Shown here piece after piece: positions 48,826 to 59,910 of a stretch of 64,000 nucleotides of DNA. The stretch comes from Spirochaetia bacterium (GTDB lineage Bacteria > Spirochaetota > Spirochaetia > SZUA-6 > Bin103): positions 512,001-576,000 of the forward strand of contig CBDATQ010000002.1 in NCBI GenBank assembly GCA_965199955.1, read 5' to 3'. How positions within the stretch are numbered: position 1 is the first letter of the stretch; every line of letters starts with the position of its first letter. The translations under genes were made by a program, and so were the position numbers. The notes under the pieces are model-generated. The model did not search any database and was not told the origin of the DNA. It worked only from the letters and a program-made list of their open reading frames with translations.

Positions 48826-49118
48826 CGCCGTCCGGCCGCAGGCGCCGCCGCGCCCTGCGCCGCGTGGTCAAGGCGTTCCCGATCGTGTGGTACCGCTCGC
48901 GCCTGCGGCGGCGCCAGCCAAGATTCGGGCTGGACAGGAACGGGCTCCGGTACGTGCCCGCCGGGCTGCAGCCGTTGGCCCATCGCGGCGCGTCCCGCAC
49001 GTTGGCCCGGCGCGTCGAGTTACGCAGCAAGATCAGGGACCGAAGGTACCTGGAGCGGGCCATCCGCTATCTGGCGCAGCTCCTGACCGAAGACGCGCCG
49101 CGCAAGAATCGCCGGTGA
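48822..49118 (+). CDS. Small basic hypothetical protein
   Basis: GTGA-coupled to both neighbours; C-terminal KIRDRRYLERAIRYLAQLLT helix. Confidence 0.6.
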   Translation: MTPSGRRRRRALRRVVKAFPIVWYRSRLRRRQPRFGLDRNGLRYVPAGLQPLAHRGASRTLARRVELRSKIRDRRYLERAIRYLAQLLTEDAPRKNRR

Positions 49119-49417
49119 ATCCGCCTCCGCCGCGTTGTCCGCTCTGTTCGGAGCCGGTGGACGACCTGATGCTTGCGCTGGCGCATCCCGAAACCGAGGC
49201 CCCGGCTCACTTCGAGTGCGTGTTGAGCGCGATCCGTGAGGGCGAACAGCTCGAGCCCGGCGAGCAAATCTGCTACGTCGGCGGCGGCGTGTTCGCCATC
49301 GTGCGGGCCGGACGCGGGCGGCGCAGCGCCAGGATCCGCAAGCGCATTCCGTACGAGTCGGAAACCACGCCTCCGCAGTGGCGCAGCGATCAGGTGCGCC
49401 GCATACCGAGTACCTGA
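49115..49417 (+). CDS. Hypothetical protein with CxxC...HxxC motif
   Basis: CPLC...PAHFECV...ICYVGGGVFAIV. Confidence 0.75.
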   Translation: MNPPPPRCPLCSEPVDDLMLALAHPETEAPAHFECVLSAIREGEQLEPGEQICYVGGGVFAIVRAGRGRRSARIRKRIPYESETTPPQWRSDQVRRIPST

Positions 49418-49487
49418 GCGAGCCTGGCCTTACTCCTTCGGGCGAGGGCCGATCACCCGTCTCCCGGCAGGGGGACGGAGCGCGGCG

Positions 49488-49517
49488 TTGACAACCATGC
49501 CACGTTAGCAATAGCTT
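49488..49517 (+). promoter_or_regulatory. Sigma70-type promoter for rpmF-acpP
   Basis: TTGACA, 18-nt spacer, TAGCTT, preceded by a GC hairpin (CCGTCTCC/GGGGACGG). Confidence 0.5.
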
Positions 49518-49534
49518 CCCGGCACAGGACTGAG

Positions 49535-49723
49535 ATGGCTGTACCCGCACGCAAGACCTCCAAGGCCCGCAGCCGGCGCCGACGCGCCGTCAACATGCGG
49601 ATCAAGGCACCGTCTATCGTCGAGTGCGGCACGTGCGGCAATCGGGTCCTGCTGCACCGGGTGTGCTCCAAGTGCGGGCATTATCGCGGAAAGCCGGTGC
49701 TGGAAACGGCGGAAATCGCCTGA
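49535..49723 (+). CDS. rpmF: 50S ribosomal protein L32
   Basis: MAVPARKTSKAR...CGTCG...HRVCSKCGHY. Confidence 0.97.
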   Translation: MAVPARKTSKARSRRRRAVNMRIKAPSIVECGTCGNRVLLHRVCSKCGHYRGKPVLETAEIA

Positions 49724-49752
49724 CCCCACCCTTCCCTGGAGGCGATGCGAAC

Positions 49753-49992
49753 ATGGACGCTGAACTCTTCGAAAAGATGAAAAAGCTGATCGCGGATCGG
49801 CTGGAGATCGAGGAGGACAAGATCACGCTCGAGTCCTCGTTTCGGCAGGATCTCGGTGCCGACAGTCTGGACACGTACGAGCTCGTCTATGCGATAGAGG
49901 AAGAGCTCGGCATCACGATCCCCGACGAGAAGGCGAACGAGTTCGAGACCGTGAAGGACGCGCTGGCTTACATCGAGTCGCAGATCAAGTAG
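49753..49992 (+). CDS. acpP: Acyl carrier protein
   Basis: DLGADSLD phosphopantetheine site; GGAGG SD. Confidence 0.96.
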   Translation: MDAELFEKMKKLIADRLEIEEDKITLESSFRQDLGADSLDTYELVYAIEEELGITIPDEKANEFETVKDALAYIESQIK

Positions 49993-50086
49993 CTTCTCGC
50001 GGCGGCGGAGTGCCCCTCGGTGGATTACGGTGGGTGCCTCGCTCACGGTCACGCCCCTCCGCCGGGTTGATGGCAGCGCCGGGCTG

Positions 50087-50953
50087 ATGGCCCGCAAGCT
50101 CGTGCCGGCACTCGGAGGCGGCTTCAAGGTCCTGCGTGGTGAGTGGCACATTGCGCGCCGTGGTCGTAGGCCGGGGAGCGCTGGACCGGACGCCGATCTC
50201 AGATCGGTGTCTCCCGCCCGGCGGTTCGAGTTGCGTTCCCTGCAGCGTGGCATCGGCGTCCGTTTTCGTGACGAGCGCCTGTTGAATCTTGCGCTCTGCC
50301 ACCGTTCGCATGCCGCCGAAGCGCGCGTGGCCAGCAACGAGAGGCTGGAGTTCCTGGGGGATGCCGTACTCGGCCTAGTGGTCAGCCAGTGGCTGTACCG
50401 CCGGCTGGAGGGGAAGCCCGAAGGGGACTTGGCACGTGTGAAGTCGGTCGTGGTGAGCGAGGAGAGCTTGGCTCAGATCGCCAGACAGCTCTCCCTGGAC
50501 CGCTACCTGCTTCTGGGCCGTGGAGAGGAGCGGTCAGGCGGACGCGGCAAGAGCGCCCTGCTGGCGGACGCACTGGAAGCGCTGATCGGTGCATGCTTCC
50601 TGGACTCCGGGCTGCACGCCGCCGAGCGGTTTGTCGAGCGTGTCTTCGCCGAAGAGATCGAGAACGTGATCGCCGGCCGCCACCGCCAGGACTACAAGAC
50701 GCTGCTCCAGGAGCTCTCCCAGAGGCGCTTTCGCGCCTTTCCCAAATATCGGGTCACCGAGCGGCGGGGCCCCGACCACGACCAGGTGTTCTCGATGGAC
50801 GTGGTCGTCGCCGGGCGACCGTATGGCCCGGCGGAGGGCAAGAGCAAGAAGCAGGCCGAACAGCGAGTCGCCCGCATCGCCTACGCGCAGCTCGTCGCGG
50901 CGGAGGCTTCTTCCGACGAGTCAGGCGCTGGGGGATCTGCCGCCTCGTCCTGA
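50087..50953 (+). CDS. rnc: Ribonuclease III (start uncertain)
   Basis: NERLEFLGDAVL, ADALEALIGA, DYKTLLQE and GKSKKQAEQ motifs. Confidence 0.95.
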   Translation: MARKLVPALGGGFKVLRGEWHIARRGRRPGSAGPDADLRSVSPARRFELRSLQRGIGVRFRDERLLNLALCHRSHAAEARVASNERLEFLGDAVLGLVVSQWLYRRLEGKPEGDLARVKSVVVSEESLAQIARQLSLDRYLLLGRGEERSGGRGKSALLADALEALIGACFLDSGLHAAERFVERVFAEEIENVIAGRHRQDYKTLLQELSQRRFRAFPKYRVTERRGPDHDQVFSMDVVVAGRPYGPAEGKSKKQAEQRVARIAYAQLVAAEASSDESGAGGSAASS

Positions 50954-52209
50954 AGCGCCCGGGCGGCGTCCAGCAGCCGGGCGCGGTCGTTCACGGCCGG
51001 GTCGGCAAGGACCGCTCGCAGCAGGGCGCGCAGCAGCCGTCCGATGTTCGGGCCGGGGCGAAGGCCGAGCTCACGCTGCAGCACGGCGCCGTCGACGGCG
51101 AGCTCGCCGATCGTCAGCGCCTGCGCCGCGGCCGCCTGGCGGTGCACCCGCCGGGCCAGCGGAGCGTCGATCTTCGCGATCGCCCGGCGGACGGCGATCG
51201 CGTCCGCGGCAGCAGCGCGGCCGACGGCGGCCAGCAGGCGGCGGATGGCGGCGTTCGAGCTGTCCGCGGTGAGCGGGATCGAAAGACTGCCGATCGCGGT
51301 GACCACCCGCCGGGTCACCGCGTGGGGAAAGCGCAGGCGGGTCAGAGCCGCCTGCGCGCGGGCAGTGGCGGCCGGTACGTCGGCGGCGTCCTCGGGCGCC
51401 AGCAGCATCGCCAGCCGCTGCGGCACGTCGGTCGGCGCCGCATCGATGCGGGCGTAGCGGGCTCTCCGGCCGGCGGGGCTGGCCGCCGTGGCGCTTGCCG
51501 CCGGAAGACACAGCTCCATGAGTCCGGACCGTTCGAGCAGGCCCAGGCCCACGGACGGGGTCGGCGCAAGCAGCAGGCGGCGCAGCTCTTCGCAGACCCG
51601 CTCGACCGCAACCCTGCGAGCGGTCGGCAGCGCGTCGCGCATCGCCCGCACCGTCTGCCCGTCGACGGTCAGGTTCAACTCCGCGGCCAGCCGGCACCCG
51701 CGGAACGGACGCAGTCCGTCCTCCGCAAAGCGTTCGCGGGCGCTGCCGACGGTACGGAGGCGCCGCGCTGCCAGGTCGTCGCGCCCGCCATGCGGATCGT
51801 GCAGGACGCCGGTAGCGAGGTCGACGGCGATCGCGTTGATGGTGAAGTCGCGCCGCGCCAGATCTTCCTCGATCGTGCCGGCGAAGCGGACCGCATCGGG
51901 CCGCCGCCCGTCGGAGTAGCCGGACTCCGTGCGGAAGGTCGTGACCTCGAACCGGCGGCCGAGCAGGACCGTCACCGTGCCGTGGCGGATGCCCGTGGGG
52001 ATGGTCCGGGGATAGAGGCCCTGCACGCGGCCGGGCGTCGCGTCGGTGGCGATGTCCCAGTCATGGGTCGGCCGGTCCTGCAGCAGGTTTCGGACCGCGC
52101 CGCCGACCAGGTAGGCGGCGTGCCCGGCGTCGATCAGGACGCGGGCGAAGCGCTCCACCGCAGCGGGCAGCGAAATCCCGGGCGCCTCCCGTCGGTCTTC
52201 CGAACTCAT
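50881..52209 (-). CDS. cca: CCA tRNA nucleotidyltransferase / poly(A) polymerase family
   Basis: VGGAVRN, DWDIAT, EVTTFR, DLARRDFTINA and FAEDGLR motifs. Confidence 0.9.
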   Translation of the reverse strand: MSSEDRREAPGISLPAAVERFARVLIDAGHAAYLVGGAVRNLLQDRPTHDWDIATDATPGRVQGLYPRTIPTGIRHGTVTVLLGRRFEVTTFRTESGYSDGRRPDAVRFAGTIEEDLARRDFTINAIAVDLATGVLHDPHGGRDDLAARRLRTVGSARERFAEDGLRPFRGCRLAAELNLTVDGQTVRAMRDALPTARRVAVERVCEELRRLLLAPTPSVGLGLLERSGLMELCLPAASATAASPAGRRARYARIDAAPTDVPQRLAMLLAPEDAADVPAATARAQAALTRLRFPHAVTRRVVTAIGSLSIPLTADSSNAAIRRLLAAVGRAAAADAIAVRRAIAKIDAPLARRVHRQAAAAQALTIGELAVDGAVLQRELGLRPGPNIGRLLRALLRAVLADPAVNDRARLLDAARALQDEAADPPAPDSSEEASAATSCA

Positions 52210-52316
52210 CCCCAGGCCGCGTGCAGGGTACCGGAAAGCGGCGGTGAGCGGAGCGCCGATGCTCCGGCCGGGCGTGGCGCCCGGTGCGCCGGTGGCGGTA
52301 CGCTCGGGACGCTGGC

Positions 52317-52958
52317 ATGTCGCTGACGGGTCTGCTTCTCACCGGCGGGTACGGCCCCGCGCGCGTCGACCTGGAGCCCTTTCTGACGACGGTGGGGCCG
52401 ATAGTCGCCGCCGACTCCGGTTACGATCTGGCGCTGTCGCTGGGAGTGGAGCCGGACCTGATCGTCGGCGACATGGACTCGGTGCGCGCGGAACGGCTCC
52501 CCACCGGTCGCGTGCGCCGCTTCCCGCGGGACAAGGATAATACCGACACGGAGCTCGGGCTGCATGCGCTGCAGGAGCTCGGCTGCGACCGGGTGGTGAT
52601 CGCCGGCGGCGGCGGCGGCCGACTGGATCACCTGTTGTTCATCGCCGGGCTGTTCGAGCGGGAGACGCTGCCTATCTGCTGGATCACCTCCCATGAACAC
52701 GTGGAGGCGATTCGCGGCACGGCCGCCTACTTCGGCTGGGTGGGCCAGACCGTGTCGTTCCTGCCGCTGTCGGGGGGCGCGGCGATCGAACGCTCGGCAG
52801 GTCTTCGCTGGCCGCTGGACGGGCTGCGGTGGCGTCCGGGTGAGGGCGGAGTCAGCAACGTCATCACCGCGTCGCCCATGCGCGTGACGATGGCGGAGGG
52901 AGCGTTGCTGATGATCCGGTCGTTCGCCGTGCACGAGATCGGCCTGCGGCCCGGGTAG
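52317..52958 (+). CDS. thiN: Thiamine diphosphokinase
   Basis: AADSG, VGDMDS, KDNTD, GGRLDH, GLRWPL and GVSN motifs. Confidence 0.9.
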   Translation: MSLTGLLLTGGYGPARVDLEPFLTTVGPIVAADSGYDLALSLGVEPDLIVGDMDSVRAERLPTGRVRRFPRDKDNTDTELGLHALQELGCDRVVIAGGGGGRLDHLLFIAGLFERETLPICWITSHEHVEAIRGTAAYFGWVGQTVSFLPLSGGAAIERSAGLRWPLDGLRWRPGEGGVSNVITASPMRVTMAEGALLMIRSFAVHEIGLRPG

Positions 52959-52990
52959 GTTCCCGGTCCCGCGGCGGCGGCGGCCCCCGG

Positions 52991-53818
52991 CTACGGTCCG
53001 GCCGGCTCTGCCATTCCCAGCACCTGCCCGAGCAGGTCGGCCGATGAGCGGCTCAACAGGTCCACCAGCTCCGGAAACTCGGCCAGCGTGCTGCCCAGCA
53101 TGGCCAGCAGCTCGGCGTGCTGGGCAGCCTGCTCGCGCATGAATGCCAGATCGGCGACCACCGCCAGGCGCGCCCGTTGCTGCGTATCGACGCGCTCGTC
53201 GAACGCCGTCTTCGCGTGCCGGTACAGGTCCGGGTCCGGAACCGAGTGCGGGACCAGCTCGACGTCGATGATCTCCAGCTCGGGAAAGCGCGCGGCAAGC
53301 CGGCGCCGCACGCCTTCCTCCAGGCTTCCGGGGTTCGTCACCGCCGCGACTGCCTCGCCCGCCAGCAGCGCTTCGGTCGCAGCGGCGGCGGCGGCGGCGG
53401 CGGCCTGCTCGTACCAGGCCGGCAGGGTGTCGGGGCGCAACTCGGCCGTCGCCGCCAGCGGCGCCAGGTGCTCCGCGCGAAGCTGCAGCCGGACGGTGAC
53501 GCCGAGGTCATAGGAGAGCGCCGCCGGGTCGATGCCGATCTCCGCTGCGTACACTTCCGCCGATGGCAGGAGCGCAGCCACGCGGCGCTGCACCTCCCGC
53601 GGAGTCAGGTCGAACCGGTGCAGGGTCATGTTGGTCGGAATCAACCGCTCCCACCGCCAAGTGATGCCGCCCGGTGCGATGGCCTCCTCGTCCCAACCTC
53701 CCGACTTCGTGAACGCGACGCCGTAGGTGCCAGGCAGCAGCGACAGCTCCACCCATCCGACGAAGAACGCGGCGACCGCCAGCGCGAGGATCGTCAGCAG
53801 GGTGATGGCGATCTTCAC
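52991..53818 (-). CDS. Membrane-anchored hypothetical protein (SPFH-like)
   Basis: N-terminal TM helix; GVAFTKSGG, WRWERLIPTN and PDPDLY motifs. Confidence 0.7.
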   Translation of the reverse strand: MKIAITLLTILALAVAAFFVGWVELSLLPGTYGVAFTKSGGWDEEAIAPGGITWRWERLIPTNMTLHRFDLTPREVQRRVAALLPSAEVYAAEIGIDPAALSYDLGVTVRLQLRAEHLAPLAATAELRPDTLPAWYEQAAAAAAAAATEALLAGEAVAAVTNPGSLEEGVRRRLAARFPELEIIDVELVPHSVPDPDLYRHAKTAFDERVDTQQRARLAVVADLAFMREQAAQHAELLAMLGSTLAEFPELVDLLSRSSADLLGQVLGMAEPAGP

Positions 53819-53913
53819 GCCAGACAGTATATCGTGGCCCTTGTACCGCGCGAGACGGTGATCGGCCGTGCGCCGACCATGTCCGTGCATGCGTGGCCCG
53901 AGGTTCTGGAGAG

Positions 53914-54279
53914 ATGATGGTAGCGGTGAGGGGCGCAATCCAGGTGAGCGCCAACGACGCCGAAGCGATTCGGTCGGCCGGCCTGCGGCTCCTTCGGTCC
54001 GTGCTCGACGGTAACGGGGTGGCGACCGAGGACATCGTCAGCATCATCTTCTCGCTGACACCCGATCTGACGCGTGCGAATCCGGCGACCGCGACGCGCG
54101 AAGGCGGATTCGCGGAGGTGCCGCTGTTCTGCGTGCAGGAGGCCGTCGTGGAGGGTCAGCCGGGCCGCATCATCCGGCTGCTGATGACCTATCGCGGCGA
54201 CAGAGACCGCAAGCCTGTGCCGGTGTTCCTGGATGGCGCGCAGGTGCTCCGCCCGGACCTGTCGCCGGGGCGCCCGTGA
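53914..54279 (+). CDS. aroH: Chorismate mutase, AroH class
   Basis: AVRGAIQV, IIFSLTPDL...PA, VPLFCVQE and GAQVLRPDL motifs. Confidence 0.92.
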   Translation: MMVAVRGAIQVSANDAEAIRSAGLRLLRSVLDGNGVATEDIVSIIFSLTPDLTRANPATATREGGFAEVPLFCVQEAVVEGQPGRIIRLLMTYRGDRDRKPVPVFLDGAQVLRPDLSPGRP

Positions 54280-54323
54280 CCCACGCCTCGGACTCCGTTC
54301 TTGGCCCATCCCACGCTTCGCTC

Positions 54324-54355
54324 CATAGTGGGTACACCGCATAGTGGGTACACCG
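54324..54355. repeat. Exact 16-bp tandem duplication
   Basis: CATAGTGGGTACACCG x2 upstream of tRNA-Thr. Confidence 0.9.
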
Positions 54356-54376
54356 CGTTTGGGGGAGACGGGCAGC

Positions 54377-54449
54377 GCCACCTTAGCTCAATCGGTAGAG
54401 CACGAGATTTGTAATCTCGAGGTCGTCGGTTCGATCCCGACAGGTGGCT
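54377..54449 (+). tRNA. tRNA-Thr (TGT)
   Basis: GCCACCT/AGGTGGC acceptor stem, CGAGA-TT-TGT-AA-TCTCG anticodon arm, GGTTCGATCCC; CCA not encoded. Confidence 0.96.
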
Positions 54450-54523
54450 GACCGGGCGCCGGGCGAGCGCCGTGGCTATTGACAGCGGAGGCGGGCTGAG
54501 CGAACATGCGGCGCTCCGACAGC

Positions 54524-54605
54524 GGGGAGGTTCCCGAGTGGCCAAAGGGGGCAGACTGTAAATCTGTTGGCATTGCCTTCGAAGGTTCGAATCCTTCTCT
54601 CCCCA
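54524..54605 (+). tRNA. tRNA-Tyr (GTA)
   Basis: GGGGAGG/TCTCCCC acceptor stem, GCAGA-CT-GTA-AA-TCTGT anticodon arm, long variable arm, GGTTCGAATCC. Confidence 0.96.
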
Positions 54606-54611
54606 TCTCCC

Positions 54612-55085
54612 GTGGCTGAGCCGTTCTACCGGACGTCCGCCGACGTCGGACTGCGCTTCGACTGCACCCGGTGCCAGCGCTGCTGCCGGCTCGAGCCGGG
54701 GTACGTCTTCCTCTCGGAGCGTGACCTGCAGGCGCTGGCTCGGGCGAAGGCCCTGAACGTTGCCGAGTTCACCGCCCGCTACTGCCGCACCGTGGACATC
54801 GGCGGATTCGAGCGGCTGAGCCTGACCGAGAAGGCCAATTTCGACTGCAGCCTCTGGCAAGATGGCGCCTGCACGGTGTACGAATCGCGACCTCTGCAGT
54901 GCCGGAGCTTCCCGTTCTGGGATGCAAACCTGGCATCCCCGGATGCGTGGTCGGAGGCTGCCGCATCGTGTCCCGGTATCGGCCAGGGTCCGGTACGGCA
55001 TGCGGTCGAGATCGACTACTGGCTCTCGCGCCGTCACGAGGAACCGCTGATCCGCCCCGAGGTTGCGGCACCACGGGGGCCGTAA
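54612..55085 (+). CDS. YkgJ family cysteine-cluster protein
   Basis: FDCTRCQRCC...C...CTVYESRPLQCRSFPFW...CPG. Confidence 0.9.
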   Translation: MAEPFYRTSADVGLRFDCTRCQRCCRLEPGYVFLSERDLQALARAKALNVAEFTARYCRTVDIGGFERLSLTEKANFDCSLWQDGACTVYESRPLQCRSFPFWDANLASPDAWSEAAASCPGIGQGPVRHAVEIDYWLSRRHEEPLIRPEVAAPRGP

Positions 55086-55254
55086 CCTCGGCCCAGCCCC
55101 TCCTTTGGCATGGACCGCGTCGGGTCCCGATGCGCTCCATGCCGGGAACGGGTAGTCCCGGCGCCTGCGGCGCCGTCATGGCTCTGACGGCCCATCTTTC
55201 GCTTCTGCCGGTGAAGGGTATACATTCGCTCCTGCTGGGAGTGTTGGGTATCGC

Positions 55255-56280
55255 GTGAAGTGCATCGCGATCGGGCTGGGCCTCGCGTGTGGGGTGCTCG
55301 TCGCCGGTGCGGCGCTGGCCGCATCGTATCTGAGCGGGCCTCCCGAGGAGCCGGGAACGGGGTCTGCGGTCACCTTCACCGTGCACCCCGGCGAGCCGTT
55401 CGGTGACGTGGCCGCCCGGCTGGAGGAGCAGGGGCTGGTGCGTTCCGAGCTGGCGCTGCGGATTCTGGCGTACCTGCAGGGCGCCGACAGCCGGATACGC
55501 GCCGGCCACTACTCGCTGTTCCCGTCGTTGCGCGCCCGCGAGATCCTGGCGTTGCTGCTGGAGGGCCGTCAGGAGGAGGTCACCGTCACCGTTCCGGAGG
55601 GATGGACCGTGCGCCGCATCGCCGAACGGCTCGACGAACGGAGCGTGACCACCGCGTCCGCCTTCGCGGCTGCGGTTGCCGACCCGGCGCTGATCGCGGA
55701 GTTCGGCATCCGCGCTGAAAGCATGGAGGGGTACCTGTTTCCGGACACCTACCGCTTTCCGCGCGACTACCCGGCCGACCGCGTGGTGCGCAGCATGGTC
55801 GGCAACTTCTTCCGTCGGCTCGCCGAGGTGCGGCCGGACTTCGAGAGCATCGACCCCGCCGAGCTGCACGACACGATCATCCTGGCGTCGATCGTGGAAC
55901 GCGAGTACCAGCGTCCCGAGGAAGCGGGGCTGATCGCTTCCGTGTTCGTCAACCGCCTGGCCGCCAACGCACGGCTGCAGTCGTGCGCCACCGTCGCCTA
56001 CGTGCTCACCGAGTTGGAGGGCCGGGAGCATCCCCGCGTGATCACGCACGAGGAGCTGGAGGTCGACTCCCCCTTCAACACCTACAAGCGGCGCCGGCTC
56101 CCGCCGGGGCCGATCTCGAATCCGGGGACGGTGGCCCTGCAGGCGGCGTTCTTCCCGACGGAGAGCGACTACTGGTACTTCGTGCTCAAGGATCCGGACA
56201 CCGGCGAGCACCACTTCTCCCGCGAGCTCGACGAGCACAACGACGCCAAGCACTTCTATCTGAAAGGCGTGGCTGGCTGA
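55255..56280 (+). CDS. mltG: Endolytic transglycosylase MltG
   Basis: VTVPEG, EGYLFPDTY, LASIVERE, SPFNTY and LPPGPISNPG motifs. Confidence 0.94.
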   Translation: MKCIAIGLGLACGVLVAGAALAASYLSGPPEEPGTGSAVTFTVHPGEPFGDVAARLEEQGLVRSELALRILAYLQGADSRIRAGHYSLFPSLRAREILALLLEGRQEEVTVTVPEGWTVRRIAERLDERSVTTASAFAAAVADPALIAEFGIRAESMEGYLFPDTYRFPRDYPADRVVRSMVGNFFRRLAEVRPDFESIDPAELHDTIILASIVEREYQRPEEAGLIASVFVNRLAANARLQSCATVAYVLTELEGREHPRVITHEELEVDSPFNTYKRRRLPPGPISNPGTVALQAAFFPTESDYWYFVLKDPDTGEHHFSRELDEHNDAKHFYLKGVAG

Positions 56281-56314
56281 GGGGCACCCGCGTTGCAGCG
56301 ACGCCCATGAGCCC

Positions 56315-58091
56315 GTGATTCCCTCCCACCAGATCGCGGAGCTGAACGATCGACTGAGGATCGACGCCGTCGCCGGCGACTACGTACGCCTGCAGCGCCG
56401 CGGCCGACGGTTCGTCGGGCTGTGTCCCTTTCATACCGAGAAAACCCCCTCCTTCACCGTCACCCCGGAGCGGAACCTGTTCTACTGCTTCGGCTGCCAG
56501 AAGGGCGGTTCGATGCTCGGCCTGGTCATGGAGTTGGAGAAGCTCAGTTTCCCGGAGGCATTCCGGCTGCTTGCCGAGCGTGCCGGCATGCAGATGGAGG
56601 AGACCGCGGGCTCGGAGGGCAGCGAGCGGCAGAGCTACCTGGAGCTCTACCGGCGCCTGGCCGACAGTTTCCGCCACATCCTGACCCACACCGCCGCAGC
56701 CGAGCCGGCCCGCGAGCACCTGGCCAACCGCGGATTCTCGTCCGAGTCGCTCGAACGCTACCGCGTGGGCTATGCGCCGCGCGACCGCTACTGGCTGCTT
56801 CGCTTCCTGCGCTCCCACCACTACGGCGACGACTTCCTGGCCCGTTCCGGGCTGTTCACGAGCACTGCCGGGGAGATGCTGGCGCTGTTCCGCGACCGCA
56901 TCGTGTTCCCGATCTCCACGCCGCGGGGCGAGGTGGTCGCCTTCGGCGGCCGCGCCATGGGGGACGGACCGAAGTACCTCAACACGCCGGAGACCGCCTA
57001 CTACCACAAGGGCGAGGTGCTCTACGGCGTGGCAGAGGCGCGGGAACGCATCAAGCACGCTGGCGCCGTGCACGTGGCGGAGGGCTACCTGGACGTGATC
57101 GCCCTCGATGCGGCCGGGAGCGCGGCCGTGGCGCCGCTCGGCACCGCCCTGAGCGGAACTCACGCTCGGCTGCTGGCGCGGTACACCACGGACGTGCGCC
57201 TGGTGATGGATTCGGATGCGGCCGGAGCGAACGCCACCCGGCGCGCCATCGCCACGCTGGAGGACGCGGAGCTCTCCACGTCCGTGGTTCCGCTCCAGGC
57301 CGGTCTGGACCCTGCCGATTATATCCAGCAGAATGCAGGCGACCGGTTGCAAACCGCCCTCGCATCCCCTATATTGCCGTTCCAGTATCTTCTTAAACTG
57401 GCTACATCTGCGCTTGATCTAAGACAGGCAGACGCGAAGGAACAGGTATTCCGGGAGGTGCTCCCTTATCTCACCCATGTGCGCTCGGAGTTGAAGCGGG
57501 AGGCGTTGCTGCACGACGTGGCGGACCTGCTGGAGGTCGGCAGCGACAGCATCGTGCGCGATTACCGCCGGCTTGCGTCGTCGGGAACGAGCTGGCACGA
57601 CTTCCCGGCGGCGCGGACGGGCACACCGAGTGGCGGACGTGGCGTCGTCGGGCGCTCGCTGGAGATGACCTACATGCTGGCGGCCGCCGCCAACCGGGAC
57701 CGGTTCGACCGCGTGCAGCGGCGGCTGCGGTCCGACGACCTGCAGGATCCGATGGCGCACGAGCTGTTCGTCGCGCTTGCCGAGTGCGCCCGGCAGGGCG
57801 ACGAGTCGCCGGACGGCCTGCTCGGCAGGCTGAAGACCGAGGAGCTGCGCTCGCTGGTCATACGCAATCTCTCGGAGGAGGAGTTCACGGTCAACGCGGA
57901 TGAAGTGCTGGACGACGGGGCGCGCACGTTGAAGGCTCGCGCACTGGAAGACCGGCGCCGTGACATCGAGGCGCGCATGCGCCGCGCCGAGCGCGGCGGT
58001 GACGAAACCCCCGGTGCGGCGGTCCGGGAGCTGCTCGAGGAGAAGATCTACCTCGATTCGGAGCTGGAGAAACTGAAGAAGGTGAGGGTGG

Positions 58092-58111
<20 letters not shown>
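56315..58111 (+). CDS. dnaG: DNA primase
   Basis: CPFH..KTPSF...CFGC zinc domain; [23 protein letters not shown] and DPAD motifs. Confidence 0.97.
57347..57375 (+). promoter_or_regulatory. Candidate internal promoter for rpoD inside dnaG
   Basis: TTGCAA, 17-nt spacer, TATATT within a conspicuously AT-rich patch. Confidence 0.55.
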
Positions 58112-59831
<1,720 letters not shown>

Positions 59832-59910
59832 GGCGACAGGCGCTAATGACGGAGGCGAACATGACGGAGGCAGTACATGACCGGAGAGGGCCATATGACC
59901 GGAGGACGGT

